Below, one piece after another: positions 46,287-55,269 of a stretch of DNA of 64,000 bases (position 1 is its first letter; each line of letters starts with the position of its first letter). This DNA is from Oscillospiraceae bacterium (GTDB lineage Bacteria; Bacillota; Clostridia; Oscillospirales; Acutalibacteraceae), in contig WRBQ01000002.1 of assembly GCA_009784445.1 (NCBI GenBank), positions 35,860-99,859 of the forward strand, in the 5' to 3' direction. Made by a program: the position numbers and the translations under genes. A model generated the notes under the pieces. That model made no database searches and was not told the origin of the DNA. It saw nothing but the letters and a program-made list of their open reading frames with translations.

Positions 46287-46832
46287 CTAGGGCAGCCGCC
46301 CATCATCATTCCAGTCACCATATAACCGGCCTTGCTTGGTGTGCTGCAAGAACTTTTCCAGCCTGCGTTGATACGTTTCGCTATCTTGCGAGTAGGACTG
46401 GATGTTATCGATACGCACGCGCACATACAGCGGCGGCATGCACGTGAAATGATGCTGCACTTCGGGGTCAGCGGCAATGGCCGCCAGCACATCATCGCAA
46501 ATGATGAAACTATCATCTGCGGGCAATGCGGCTAGCCCGGCAGGGGTCATCAGCCCTAAGCGCATCAACCGCTGCGCCCGTGCGATATTCAACTGTGTCC
46601 AGTTGCCGCGCTTTCGCCGTGGGGAAATGCGTTGCAGCAGCGTGTCGTCTACACGCTTTTTGGTGGAGTCAATCCAGCCAAAGCAGAGGCACTCCTCCAC
46701 AATGGCGAGGTAGGACAGCGCATCGTGGTCTTTGGACAGCACCGGCACCCACGCCTGTGTAGCGGTGGTATTATGCTCCTCCAGCCAGCGACGCAGCTGC
46801 GGCCTTGTTTGAATGTTTAGCTTGTTTTCCAT
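46287..46832 (-). CDS. YdeI/OmpD-associated (OmdA) family protein
   Basis: RPQLRRWLEEH ... ECLCFGWIDSTKKRVDD ... SPRRKRGNWTQLNIARAQRLMRLGLMTPAG is the family pattern as I recall it. Confidence 0.72.
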   Translation of the reverse strand: MENKLNIQTRPQLRRWLEEHNTTATQAWVPVLSKDHDALSYLAIVEECLCFGWIDSTKKRVDDTLLQRISPRRKRGNWTQLNIARAQRLMRLGLMTPAGLAALPADDSFIICDDVLAAIAADPEVQHHFTCMPPLYVRVRIDNIQSYSQDSETYQRRLEKFLQHTKQGRLYGDWNDDGRLP

Positions 46833-46876
46833 ATGTAGATTATATCACAATGCTGGGGGGAAGTAAAGGTGTAGTG

Positions 46877-47122
46877 CTAACCACGCCGCTCCACAAACCA
46901 ACGATTTTCCTCCAGCCAAAGATAGGTCACGCGCTCACCGATGCGCACTTCATATCGGATGCCAGTTCCACCGCCCTTGAATGATGCAGCCCGCTGGCAG
47001 CCCAACACGCAGTCAATATCATAACGAACGCCGTCCTCCCACGTGATTGCACGCGGGAGGATTGTGCCGTCTATGAGCCTATCTTCATTGACGGCCACGT
47101 AAACTTTTTGTGTGTTATCCAT
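46877..47122 (-). CDS. Small conserved hypothetical protein (81 aa)
   Basis: GGAAAGG lies before the ATG. The pattern is ...ILPRAITWEDGVRYDIDCV....AASFKGGGTGIRYEVRIG....LWLEENRWFVE. I recall similar small proteins near Y-family polymerase genes in Clostridia, of unknown function. Confidence 0.6.
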   Translation of the reverse strand: MDNTQKVYVAVNEDRLIDGTILPRAITWEDGVRYDIDCVLGCQRAASFKGGGTGIRYEVRIGERVTYLWLEENRWFVERRG

Positions 47123-47173
47123 TGCGTTGACCTTTCCAATGTGATATAATTGTCGATAAGGGGGGCTTGTGAA

Positions 47174-47722
47174 GTGTCGAATGTCGAAATATCTTATACC
47201 TGTGGTTTTTGTGAGATTGCATTCACGTCCACAAATCCGAACAGACGATTTTGCAGCACCTCGTGTGCTGGAAAGAGCACCGCAAAAGATATTACTGGGA
47301 ATGTCTATGGTAAACTAACGGCGATTAAACGGCTGGATGAGCGTAATGCGAGCCACAGACTATGGCTGTGCCGATGCGAATGCGGCAATCTCACCAAAGT
47401 TCCGATCAACTTTCTAACAACAGGACATACAAAAAGCTGCGGTTGTTTTAAGGGAAAGGGGCAGAGAAAAAATCATTTATACCTTTTTGAGGGCACAAAT
47501 ATTAGTAGAATCAATAAAGATACACTGTTCAAATGTAACACAAGCGGTGTTCGCGGTGTGCATCAGCACGAAAGCGGAAAATGGATGGCGCGAATTGGTT
47601 TTCAAAATAAGAGGATTTACTTAGGGATTTTCAAGACTTTTGAAGAAGCTGTTGCAGCCCGGCGCGAAGCTGAAGAAAAATATTTCAAACCCATCATCGA
47701 GAAATATAATAAGAAGGATTAA
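47174..47722 (+). CDS. AP2-domain DNA-binding protein with an N-terminal Cys-rich region
   Basis: GTG 47174 lies 8 nt after AAGGGGGG, and the alternative TTG is at 47150. SGVRGVHQHESGKWMARIGFQNKRIYLGIFKTFEEAVAARREAE is an AP2/ERF-type fold signature, with WLCRCECG...SCGC upstream. The gene is visibly more AT-rich than its neighbours. Confidence 0.7.
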   Translation: MSNVEISYTCGFCEIAFTSTNPNRRFCSTSCAGKSTAKDITGNVYGKLTAIKRLDERNASHRLWLCRCECGNLTKVPINFLTTGHTKSCGCFKGKGQRKNHLYLFEGTNISRINKDTLFKCNTSGVRGVHQHESGKWMARIGFQNKRIYLGIFKTFEEAVAARREAEEKYFKPIIEKYNKKD

Positions 47723-48951
47723 AAGTACCCCACTGGATGAATGGTGTGGTCGGCTTTGGCGTTAAGCCTGCCCAGTTGCCGATCGATCCCCATCAGCCCC
47801 GGCGCAATGGCGTGATGACCAAAGCGCCGCCGCAGGCCGTCCACGGTGCGCTCAATGCTTTCTTGCCGCAAGCGAGATTGCTCGTCATCAAACAGCGACA
47901 ACTGTACCTGCTCAATGGCAGGTACAAGTTGTGCCGCACGTAGACCGATGCTGCGTAACGGCTTTTGCCAGTCGTAATGTGCACGCAACAACTGCATCGT
48001 CGCAGCACTTAGCTCACTTGCCAAGCAAGTGGGCTTTTGTAATGTTAGCTGCCGCTCAAAGCTATGTAGCTCACTATCTCGCAAGGAAATTTGCACGACC
48101 TTGCCGCATAACCCCAGTTCACGCAACCGCTCAGCCACGCTTTCCGCCAAGCCAGTAAACACGATGTGGCAGTCCTGTTCGTTGAGCAAATCCCGTGGCG
48201 TTGTCCAGCTGTTGCCCACGGATTTAATGGCACGCTCATGGCTTGAGGGTGTGACGGGCGAATCGTCAAGGCCATTCGCAAACGCGTGCAGATACAAACC
48301 CCATTTGTGCAAATGGCTTTGCAAAATTTCGGGTGGTGTGGTGGCGATGTCGCCGATGGTGCGCAGCCCCAGGTTGTGCAATTTTCGTGTTGTAGCGCGA
48401 CCCACACCCAGCAAATCTTCCGCAGGTAGCGGCCACACCGTTTGCTTGACGTTTTCCCGCGTGATGATGAATTGGCCATCGGGTTTGCGTTGGTCACTAC
48501 CAAGCTTCGCGAAGATTTTGTTCCAACTCACACCCACGCTCACCGTGATGCCAAGTTCGTGTCGCACCTGCCTGCGGGTGCGCTGCGCGAAATATTCGCC
48601 ATCGCCCAAAAGGGATAAATCTGCCCAGCATTCATCAAGCCCGAAGCTTTCAATCAAGTCGGTATACTCCCCAATAATCTCGCGCAGCAGACGACTGAAC
48701 CGCAGATATTGCTCGAAGTTCGGTGGCATGAAAATGATGTCGGGGCAGCACTGCCGTGCCTGCCACAATGCCATGCCAGTTTTCACACCGCAGCGTTTGG
48801 CTTCGGGCGACTTCGCCAGCACAATGCCGTGGCGAGCCTCCACGTCGCCGCCCACGGCCATAGGTTTGCCGCGTAGCGCGGGGTTATGTAAAAGCTCTAC
48901 ACTTGCATAAAAAGCGTCCCCGTCGATGTGCAAAATCGTTCGTTTGTTCAT
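47719..48951 (-). CDS. dinB: Y-family DNA polymerase (DinB/ImpB type)
   Basis: ILHIDGDAFYASVE ... PMAVGG ... LGLDECWADL are canonical Y-family motifs. Confidence 0.9.
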   Translation of the reverse strand: MNKRTILHIDGDAFYASVELLHNPALRGKPMAVGGDVEARHGIVLAKSPEAKRCGVKTGMALWQARQCCPDIIFMPPNFEQYLRFSRLLREIIGEYTDLIESFGLDECWADLSLLGDGEYFAQRTRRQVRHELGITVSVGVSWNKIFAKLGSDQRKPDGQFIITRENVKQTVWPLPAEDLLGVGRATTRKLHNLGLRTIGDIATTPPEILQSHLHKWGLYLHAFANGLDDSPVTPSSHERAIKSVGNSWTTPRDLLNEQDCHIVFTGLAESVAERLRELGLCGKVVQISLRDSELHSFERQLTLQKPTCLASELSAATMQLLRAHYDWQKPLRSIGLRAAQLVPAIEQVQLSLFDDEQSRLRQESIERTVDGLRRRFGHHAIAPGLMGIDRQLGRLNAKADHTIHPVGYF

Positions 48952-49014
48952 GTGAGAAGTTTAACACACAACCGAACGTTTTGTCTACAGGTAAATATTT
49001 GAAAGGAGCGTGCC

Positions 49015-49935
49015 ATGCCATTCATCCCACCCAACGAACTAGCCGAACTCAAGCAAATCGACCTGCTCACCTATCTACAAAGCTATGAACCCGAAGAACT
49101 CGTGCGCATCAGTGCAAATGAGTTCAGCACCAAAACGCATAGCAGCCTCAAAATTTCCAACGGCATGTGGCGATGGCACGCGCAGGACATCGGCGGCAAG
49201 TCGGCGTTGGACTTTCTCATCAAGGTGCGCGGCATGGATTTCATGGCGGCAGCAAACTTAATACAGCAACAGGCGGCTTTACAACCGCCTGTTTTTTGTT
49301 GCCCTGCGATGCCCGCGCGTGAGTTTGTGCTGCCAAAAGCCGCCCCCAACAACGACCACGTGCTGGCATACTTACAGTCACGCGGTATAGATAAAACAGT
49401 GCTGGAACACTGCGTGACAAGTAAAATGCTTTACGAAAGCGCTGAACACTACAACTGCGTGCTTGTCGGCAAAGATGCAGCAGGGCAGGCGCGCTACGCT
49501 GCATTGCGTGGCACATATGGCGATTACAAGGGCGAAGCACGAGGTAGCGACAAGTCGTTTGCCTTTACACTGCCTGCTGCTGGTTCGACACACCTGCGGG
49601 TATGTGAAAGTGCGATTGATGTCTTGTCCTGCGCTACGCTGCTGGGCATGAAAGGTCGCGATTGGCAGCAGTCGCATGTGCTCTCCTTGGGTGGAACTAG
49701 CATGGCTGCGCTGGAACGTTATCTCAAGGATTATCCCCACATCCAGCGCATTGACCTGCACTTGGATAACGACCCAGCCGGGCGGGTGGCGGCGCAGGCG
49801 ATTGCGGCGTTGCTGGGTGACAGGTATGACGTGCGCAATCGCTCACCGCCCCACGCTAAAGACATGAATGCATATTTGATGGCACGGTTGGGATTAACAC
49901 AACGAAAGAAAGTGAGGGATGTATGTACCCGATGA
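49015..49935 (+). CDS. Toprim-domain protein (DUF3991/primase-like) of conjugative elements
   Basis: AAGGAG lies before the ATG. The Toprim Glu is in VCESAIDVLS and the DxD in HLDNDPAGR. The N-terminal region resembles DUF3991 (recall only). Confidence 0.8.
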   Translation: MPFIPPNELAELKQIDLLTYLQSYEPEELVRISANEFSTKTHSSLKISNGMWRWHAQDIGGKSALDFLIKVRGMDFMAAANLIQQQAALQPPVFCCPAMPAREFVLPKAAPNNDHVLAYLQSRGIDKTVLEHCVTSKMLYESAEHYNCVLVGKDAAGQARYAALRGTYGDYKGEARGSDKSFAFTLPAAGSTHLRVCESAIDVLSCATLLGMKGRDWQQSHVLSLGGTSMAALERYLKDYPHIQRIDLHLDNDPAGRVAAQAIAALLGDRYDVRNRSPPHAKDMNAYLMARLGLTQRKKVRDVCTR

Positions 49936-49960
49936 ATGGTCGGGTAGACTAGCAAGCAAC

Positions 49961-50006
49961 GTGCCTGTCATTACAGACAGGCACATTTCTTAGGGGAAAC
50001 CCCTAA
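49961..50006 (+). promoter_or_regulatory. Two perfect hairpins upstream of mobC-relaxase; candidate oriT and/or terminator
   Basis: GTGCCTGTC-ATTACA-GACAGGCAC (49961-49984) and TTAGGGG-AAA-CCCCTAA (49990-50006). Confidence 0.35.
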
Positions 50007-50032
50007 AACCCCACGGAAAGGATGGACATATT

Positions 50033-50359
50033 ATGCGCAAACGCAATGTTTTAATTCAATTTTGGCTTTACCCCAAAGAAGCAAATCATTTTAAGAAACT
50101 CGTGAAAAAAAGTGGGCTAAATCAGTCCACTTACCTGCGTCACCTTATCAACGGCGTGGTGCCGCAGGACGCGCCGCCGCCGGATTACTACGGCATGATG
50201 AACGAATTACGGCGCATTGGCAATGCACTTGACCGTGCGGCACAACAGGCAGAACTGCATGGCCTGCCGAATACTGCATATTACGATAATGCGGTGCAGC
50301 GACTTGACCGCGCCATTTTAGACATCACCGATGCGGTGGTGATGCCGCGCAAATTATAG
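50033..50359 (+). CDS. mobC: MobC-like relaxosome accessory protein
   Basis: It is small and directly precedes the relaxase. ...LNQSTYLRHLING...ELRRIGNALDRAAQQA matches the MobC family pattern. Confidence 0.78.
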   Translation: MRKRNVLIQFWLYPKEANHFKKLVKKSGLNQSTYLRHLINGVVPQDAPPPDYYGMMNELRRIGNALDRAAQQAELHGLPNTAYYDNAVQRLDRAILDITDAVVMPRKL

Positions 50360-50360
50360 C

Positions 50361-51644
50361 ATGGCCACTACTTCAATCTGGTCAGTCAAAGGCTGGCTTG
50401 GCCGTGTGGTTATCTACGCTGAAGACCCCGCTAAAACCGAGAACCCGGAGTTCTTTGAGAAAAAGGGCATGACAGAAAAGCAAACACAAAATCTCATGGA
50501 CGTCATTGATTACGCTGTGCAGGAGCGCAAAACGATTGAAGAAGAAAGCCCTGCGCTGCTGCGCCAGTTCGTCAGCGGCGTAAATTGCCGCCCCGCCACC
50601 GCCCGCGAAGAAATGCTGCGCACCAAACGCCTGCACAAAAAAGAGGACGGCGTGGTGGCCTACCATGGCTACCAATCGTTCGCACCGGGTGAAGTCAGCG
50701 CAGGCGTGGCGCACAAAATTGGCATGGAACTGGCACAACAACTTTGGGGTGAACGATTTGAAGTCATTGTTGCCACGCACTTGGACAAAGCCAATCACCT
50801 GCATAACCATTTTATTGTGAACACCGTGTCGTTCAAAGATGGGAATCGGTATTATCGCTCGGAGAAAGATTACTACAATATGCGCAGCACCAGCGATGAA
50901 CTCTGCCGTGCCCATGGTTTATCGGTCATTGAACAACCACAAAAAGGCAAAACCCAACACCGTGCGGAATGGCAGGCCGAACAGCAAGGCAAGCCCACGT
51001 ACCGCAGTATGGTCAAAACCGATGTTGACCAAGCCATCGCACAATCCATGACAGAACGCCAATTCTTTGACAATCTCAAGCGCATGGGCTACACCATCAA
51101 AACCGGCAAGGGCGACATTACGGTTTGCCCGAAAGGCCGCGAACGCGGGCTAAAGCTCATGCGCAACCTCGGCGAAGATTACAGCATCGCCAGCATTCGC
51201 CGCCGTATTTTGCAACAACAAAGACCAGCAAGACCGGCCCCCGAACCAACACGCCAAGTGCGTGTTTTTTTGTTGCGCGGCAATTTCAAGCACAGGCAAC
51301 GCATGACAGGCTTTCGGGCACTGTATTTTCGTTATCTATACCTGCTGGGCAAGCTGCCGAAACACAGGCCACGCCCACCCGATAAGGTTGCGCCAGTGCA
51401 TCGCGGTGAGCTCATCAAGATTGACCAAATCTCGCGTGAGCTTAGATTGCTGTGTGAGCACGAAATCGACACGCCGGAACAACTGGCGGCATTCAAATTG
51501 ACGGCAAGTAAAAAGGAGGTGGCCATTTGCGACAGGATTGAACAGCGTGTGAAAGACATGCGCACAAACATGAAAATCGAAAAGGAGGAAAACAAAGATG
51601 CAATCAGGCGAAGCAGCCGAACAAGTCGTGAGAATCGCGTTTGA
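50361..51644 (+). CDS. Relaxase/mobilisation nuclease (MobA/VirD2 family)
   Basis: It has the histidine triad region THLDKANHLHNHFIVNTVSF and an N-terminal AYHGYQSF. Confidence 0.88.
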   Translation: MATTSIWSVKGWLGRVVIYAEDPAKTENPEFFEKKGMTEKQTQNLMDVIDYAVQERKTIEEESPALLRQFVSGVNCRPATAREEMLRTKRLHKKEDGVVAYHGYQSFAPGEVSAGVAHKIGMELAQQLWGERFEVIVATHLDKANHLHNHFIVNTVSFKDGNRYYRSEKDYYNMRSTSDELCRAHGLSVIEQPQKGKTQHRAEWQAEQQGKPTYRSMVKTDVDQAIAQSMTERQFFDNLKRMGYTIKTGKGDITVCPKGRERGLKLMRNLGEDYSIASIRRRILQQQRPARPAPEPTRQVRVFLLRGNFKHRQRMTGFRALYFRYLYLLGKLPKHRPRPPDKVAPVHRGELIKIDQISRELRLLCEHEIDTPEQLAAFKLTASKKEVAICDRIEQRVKDMRTNMKIEKEENKDAIRRSSRTSRENRV

Positions 51645-52314
51645 CGGCGTGGAACACGCACTTCGCATCGCAGGCGGCGGTGCACAGCAAATTGCCGCGA
51701 TGTTGATGGCAGCGTTCAGCAATCCCGGCAAAACAACCAAGCAGCCCAATTTGCATGGCAAAGAACGGCTTGAAAAAATGCTCAAAAGTGGCAAAGAGTT
51801 GAAATTCTTTGAAATCCAAAACAAGGACTTGAAAGAGTTCTGTGCCGCCGCGAAGAAGTATGGCATCACCTATTGTGTGATGCGCGAAAAAGGCAAGACG
51901 GGCGGCATGGTGGAAATCGTGGCAATGGCAGAAGACGCACCGCGATTGAGCCGGATTTTGGAGAAACTCGAAAGCCGCGCGCTTGGCGAAAGCAAGCCCG
52001 CCGAACCAGCTGCACCCGAACAATCCACGGCGGAGTTGGTGGAAGATTTACTTGCGCCCGCAAAGGAGGGTCAAGCGCAGCCCGAAAACCCTACGATAGC
52101 GCGGCAGATGGAACAGCCTGCCGCGAAACATTCGACCCCCGGCAAAGGCAGTCCGTCCGTGACTTCCTCGCCTACGAAATCGAACGGCGGCGCGACTTTC
52201 TCTAAGCCGCAAAAGCCCTCGGTAAAAACAGCGTTGGCAGATTCGGCAGCGCGTATCGCAGCAAAAAAACAAGCACCAAAACCAAAATCTAAACAGAAAG
52301 CACAGGTGAAATGA
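51598..52314 (+). CDS. PcfB-family (DUF3801) protein
   Basis: AAGGAGG lies before the ATG. ...GKERLEKMLKSGKELKFFEIQNKDLKEFCAAAKKYGITYCV... is the PcfB pattern as recalled. It lies between the relaxase and the coupling protein. Confidence 0.72.
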   Translation: MQSGEAAEQVVRIAFDGVEHALRIAGGGAQQIAAMLMAAFSNPGKTTKQPNLHGKERLEKMLKSGKELKFFEIQNKDLKEFCAAAKKYGITYCVMREKGKTGGMVEIVAMAEDAPRLSRILEKLESRALGESKPAEPAAPEQSTAELVEDLLAPAKEGQAQPENPTIARQMEQPAAKHSTPGKGSPSVTSSPTKSNGGATFSKPQKPSVKTALADSAARIAAKKQAPKPKSKQKAQVK

Positions 52315-52315
52315 T

Positions 52316-53167
52316 ATGGCCAATTATGATGATTTACTAAACGGCAATCAACAAACCCCGCCGCAGGGCTTCGACAAAGAAGCTTGGGCAGCAGGCAAAA
52401 AACAAGAACGTGAGGGGCTTTACACCCTAGCCGACCAAACAGCCCTGCGAGCCGTCGCAAGCCCCGAAGCGTTCAAGCAATACCTCGATATGCAGGCACG
52501 GTTTGACCGTTACTCCGCCACCAATGCGCTGCTGGTCATGGCGCAGCGCCCTGATGCAAAACAGCTGGGCGACTTGGATTATTGGAAAAGCCAACGGGTG
52601 TTCATCAAACGCGATGAGCTGCCCAACGCCGTGATTATCCTCGCGCCCGGCAGCGAATACACCCGCAACGATGGCAGCATTGGCACCAATATGACCACCA
52701 AGCGTGTGTATGACATTTCACAGGCAGAACGTGTGCGCGTGCAACCGGTGCGAACCTATGATGAGGGCAAACTGATACGTGCATTGGTCAAGGCCGCACC
52801 TGCGCAGATGGAGGGTGTGGATGCTCTGGGTGGTCGTGATGCGGTTTATGACCCCGCACAGAACAAGATTTTCGTGCAGTGCGGCATGAGCGCACTTGAG
52901 ATTATGCAAGCCGTGGCACGCGAAAGCTGTGTGGCACAGCTGGGGGAAAACGCTGGATTTGAGGCCCGCGTGGGCACGCAGCTCATCTGCGCAAAATTCG
53001 GCATTGATTCGGGCATGGCGTTTTCCGATGTGCGTGAAAGCTTTGATGGCTTGGAAGCGAAAGAAGTGCGTGAGGTGCTGTCCAACGCACGCAACGCGGC
53101 AGCTGAAATCACCGGGCGCATGACCAAAGAGCTGGAACCCAAGCCCAAGCAACAAGGTGCACGCTGA
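52316..53167 (+). CDS. ArdC-N-like (ssDNA-binding/antirestriction-type) domain protein, tentative
   Basis: YSATNALLVMAQRPDAKQLGDLDYWKSQRVFIKRDE parallels the N-terminus of the giant protein (LLVFAQRPDATAVLELQHWNNKFARWVKRG). Confidence 0.5.
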   Translation: MANYDDLLNGNQQTPPQGFDKEAWAAGKKQEREGLYTLADQTALRAVASPEAFKQYLDMQARFDRYSATNALLVMAQRPDAKQLGDLDYWKSQRVFIKRDELPNAVIILAPGSEYTRNDGSIGTNMTTKRVYDISQAERVRVQPVRTYDEGKLIRALVKAAPAQMEGVDALGGRDAVYDPAQNKIFVQCGMSALEIMQAVARESCVAQLGENAGFEARVGTQLICAKFGIDSGMAFSDVRESFDGLEAKEVREVLSNARNAAAEITGRMTKELEPKPKQQGAR

Positions 53168-54963
53168 TGAAGTCCGACAACCCCAAACAACTATGGCTCA
53201 TCGCCGCGCTGGGTATTGTGCCAGTCATTTGGCTGGCACTGCTCATTGCGCCGCATATCAATCAAGGGCTACTCGGCATATTCGATTCTTTCGACCAGCC
53301 ATTCAATATCATTTGGCACGAGGACAGCCTGCGCGTTGTCCTCGTGTTGGTGTTGGCTTATGCCCTCGCAGTGGGGATGTATCTGTCATCGCGCAAGAAC
53401 TACCGCCGCCGTGAGGAACATGGCAGTGCCAAATGGGGCATTGCGGGCACCGTCAACAAAAAATACGCCGACCCTAGCTTCACGCATAACAAGCTGTTCA
53501 CCCAACATGTGCGCATGGGATTGGACGGCCACAAACACAGGCGTAATCTCAACGTGCTCATTTGTGGCGGTTCAGGTGCGGGTAAGACTAGGTTTTATTG
53601 TAAGCCAAATGTGCTCCAGTGTAATACGTCCATGGTTGTGTTGGATCCAAAAGGCGAAATTTGTAGGGACACTGGAAACCTCCTGCGCAAACAGGGCGTG
53701 AAAGTCAAGGTGCTCGACCTCATCAATATGCACAAAAGCCATTGCTACAACCCATTTGTGTATTTGCGTGAGGACAACGATGTGCAGCGGCTGGTGACGA
53801 ACTTATTCAAGGCCACCACGCCAAAAGGCTCACAAAGTTCCGACCCCTTTTGGGACACCGCCGCATCCATGCTCTTGTTGGCACTGGTATTTTATCTGAA
53901 ATACGAAGCCCCGCAGGAGGAGCAGAACTTTCCTATGGTGATGCAAATGCTGCGTGCCGGTGAAGTGCGTGAGGAAGATGATGATTACAGCAGCCCCCTT
54001 GACGACCTCTTTGAACGATTGGCGATGGAGCATCCCGACCACATCGCTTGCAAGTATTACAAGGACTACCGCAGTGGCAGTGCAAAGACTCTCAAAAGCA
54101 TACAAATCACCCTTGCGGCTAGGCTTGAAAAATTTAACCTCGCGTCGCTAGCATCACTCACCGCTACCGATGAACTTGACTTGGCCAGCATGGGTGAGCG
54201 CAAGACTGCGCTCTTTGTCATCATCCCCGACAATGACAGCAGTTTTAACTTCCTCGTCAGCATCTTGTACACGCAATTGTTCCAGCAACTATTCCATGCC
54301 GCCGACCATGTTCACCGTGGCGCATTGCCCGTGCACGTGCATTTCATCATGGATGAATTTGCGAACGTAAGTTTGCCAGACGACTTCGATAAAATCCTGT
54401 CTGTCATGCGTTCACGCGGCGTGTCGGTGAGTATCATCTTGCAAAACCTCGCACAGCTCAAAGCCTTGTTTGAGAAGCAACATGAAAGCATTGTGGGCAA
54501 TTGTGACACCTTTTTGTACTTGGGTGGCAACGAGCAAAACACGCATCGTTATGTGTCGGAGCTGATGGGCAAGAGCACAATCGACACCAATACTTACGGC
54601 CATAGTTACGGCAGCCGGGGCAGCTATTCCCGCAACGACCAAAACGCAGGGCGTGAATTACTTACGCCCGATGAAGTACGTTTGCTGGACAACCGTTATG
54701 CGCTGCTGTTCATTCGTGGTGAGCGCCCCATCATGGATGAAAAGCTTGATATTCTCAAACACCCGAATGTCGCAGGCAGTGCAGATGGGCGCGGCAAGCC
54801 ATTTCAGCATGGCGCGCTGGATTTGTCGATTGGAAGTGGTTGCACCGTGGGTTATCGCGCTGCACCCGAAGAAACCGAAAGCCCCGAAAGCAGCATCGAA
54901 GTCGAAGTACTTTCGGAGCTAGATTTACAACAACTTTTTGAAAAACAGGAGGAAAACTCATGA
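53167..54963 (+). CDS. Type IV secretion coupling protein (VirD4/TraG family)
   Basis: Two N-terminal TM helices, Walker A GGSGAGKT and Walker B-like HFIMDEF. Confidence 0.9.
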   Translation: MKSDNPKQLWLIAALGIVPVIWLALLIAPHINQGLLGIFDSFDQPFNIIWHEDSLRVVLVLVLAYALAVGMYLSSRKNYRRREEHGSAKWGIAGTVNKKYADPSFTHNKLFTQHVRMGLDGHKHRRNLNVLICGGSGAGKTRFYCKPNVLQCNTSMVVLDPKGEICRDTGNLLRKQGVKVKVLDLINMHKSHCYNPFVYLREDNDVQRLVTNLFKATTPKGSQSSDPFWDTAASMLLLALVFYLKYEAPQEEQNFPMVMQMLRAGEVREEDDDYSSPLDDLFERLAMEHPDHIACKYYKDYRSGSAKTLKSIQITLAARLEKFNLASLASLTATDELDLASMGERKTALFVIIPDNDSSFNFLVSILYTQLFQQLFHAADHVHRGALPVHVHFIMDEFANVSLPDDFDKILSVMRSRGVSVSIILQNLAQLKALFEKQHESIVGNCDTFLYLGGNEQNTHRYVSELMGKSTIDTNTYGHSYGSRGSYSRNDQNAGRELLTPDEVRLLDNRYALLFIRGERPIMDEKLDILKHPNVAGSADGRGKPFQHGALDLSIGSGCTVGYRAAPEETESPESSIEVEVLSELDLQQLFEKQEENS

Positions 54964-55256
54964 GTAATAAACTCCGCAAACTCATCGCCATTGGCAGCAC
55001 CATTGCGCTGATGCTGGTGGCATTTACCGTCATCGCGCTCGCCAACGACCCCGTGCAGACGGTAAATAATTTGAGCAATTTTGTGTTCCAAGTTATCCGC
55101 GCCATTGGCCTCATAATCCTTGCCTTTGGCATCGTGCAACTTGGGCTATCACTCAAAAGCCAAGACCCCTCACAGCGCGCCAACGGCTTTCTCACCGTGG
55201 CGGGCGGGATTATTATTGCGCTGGCTAGGGAAATCTTAGACCTTATCTTAGGTTAA
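54960..55256 (+). CDS. Maff2-family small membrane protein
   Basis: 98 aa with hydrophobic helices, following the T4CP gene as in related elements (recall only). Confidence 0.68.
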   Translation: MSNKLRKLIAIGSTIALMLVAFTVIALANDPVQTVNNLSNFVFQVIRAIGLIILAFGIVQLGLSLKSQDPSQRANGFLTVAGGIIIALAREILDLILG

Positions 55257-55269
55257 GGAGGCGTTCAAT

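Noticed and set aside
48952-49014. A possible LexA (Cheo/SOS) box upstream of the Y-family polymerase gene (minus strand GACAAAACGTTCG)
   Set aside because: Only one half-site (GTTCG) matches GAAC-N4-GTTC, and the other half has two mismatches. This is too degenerate to call without a position-weight-matrix score.
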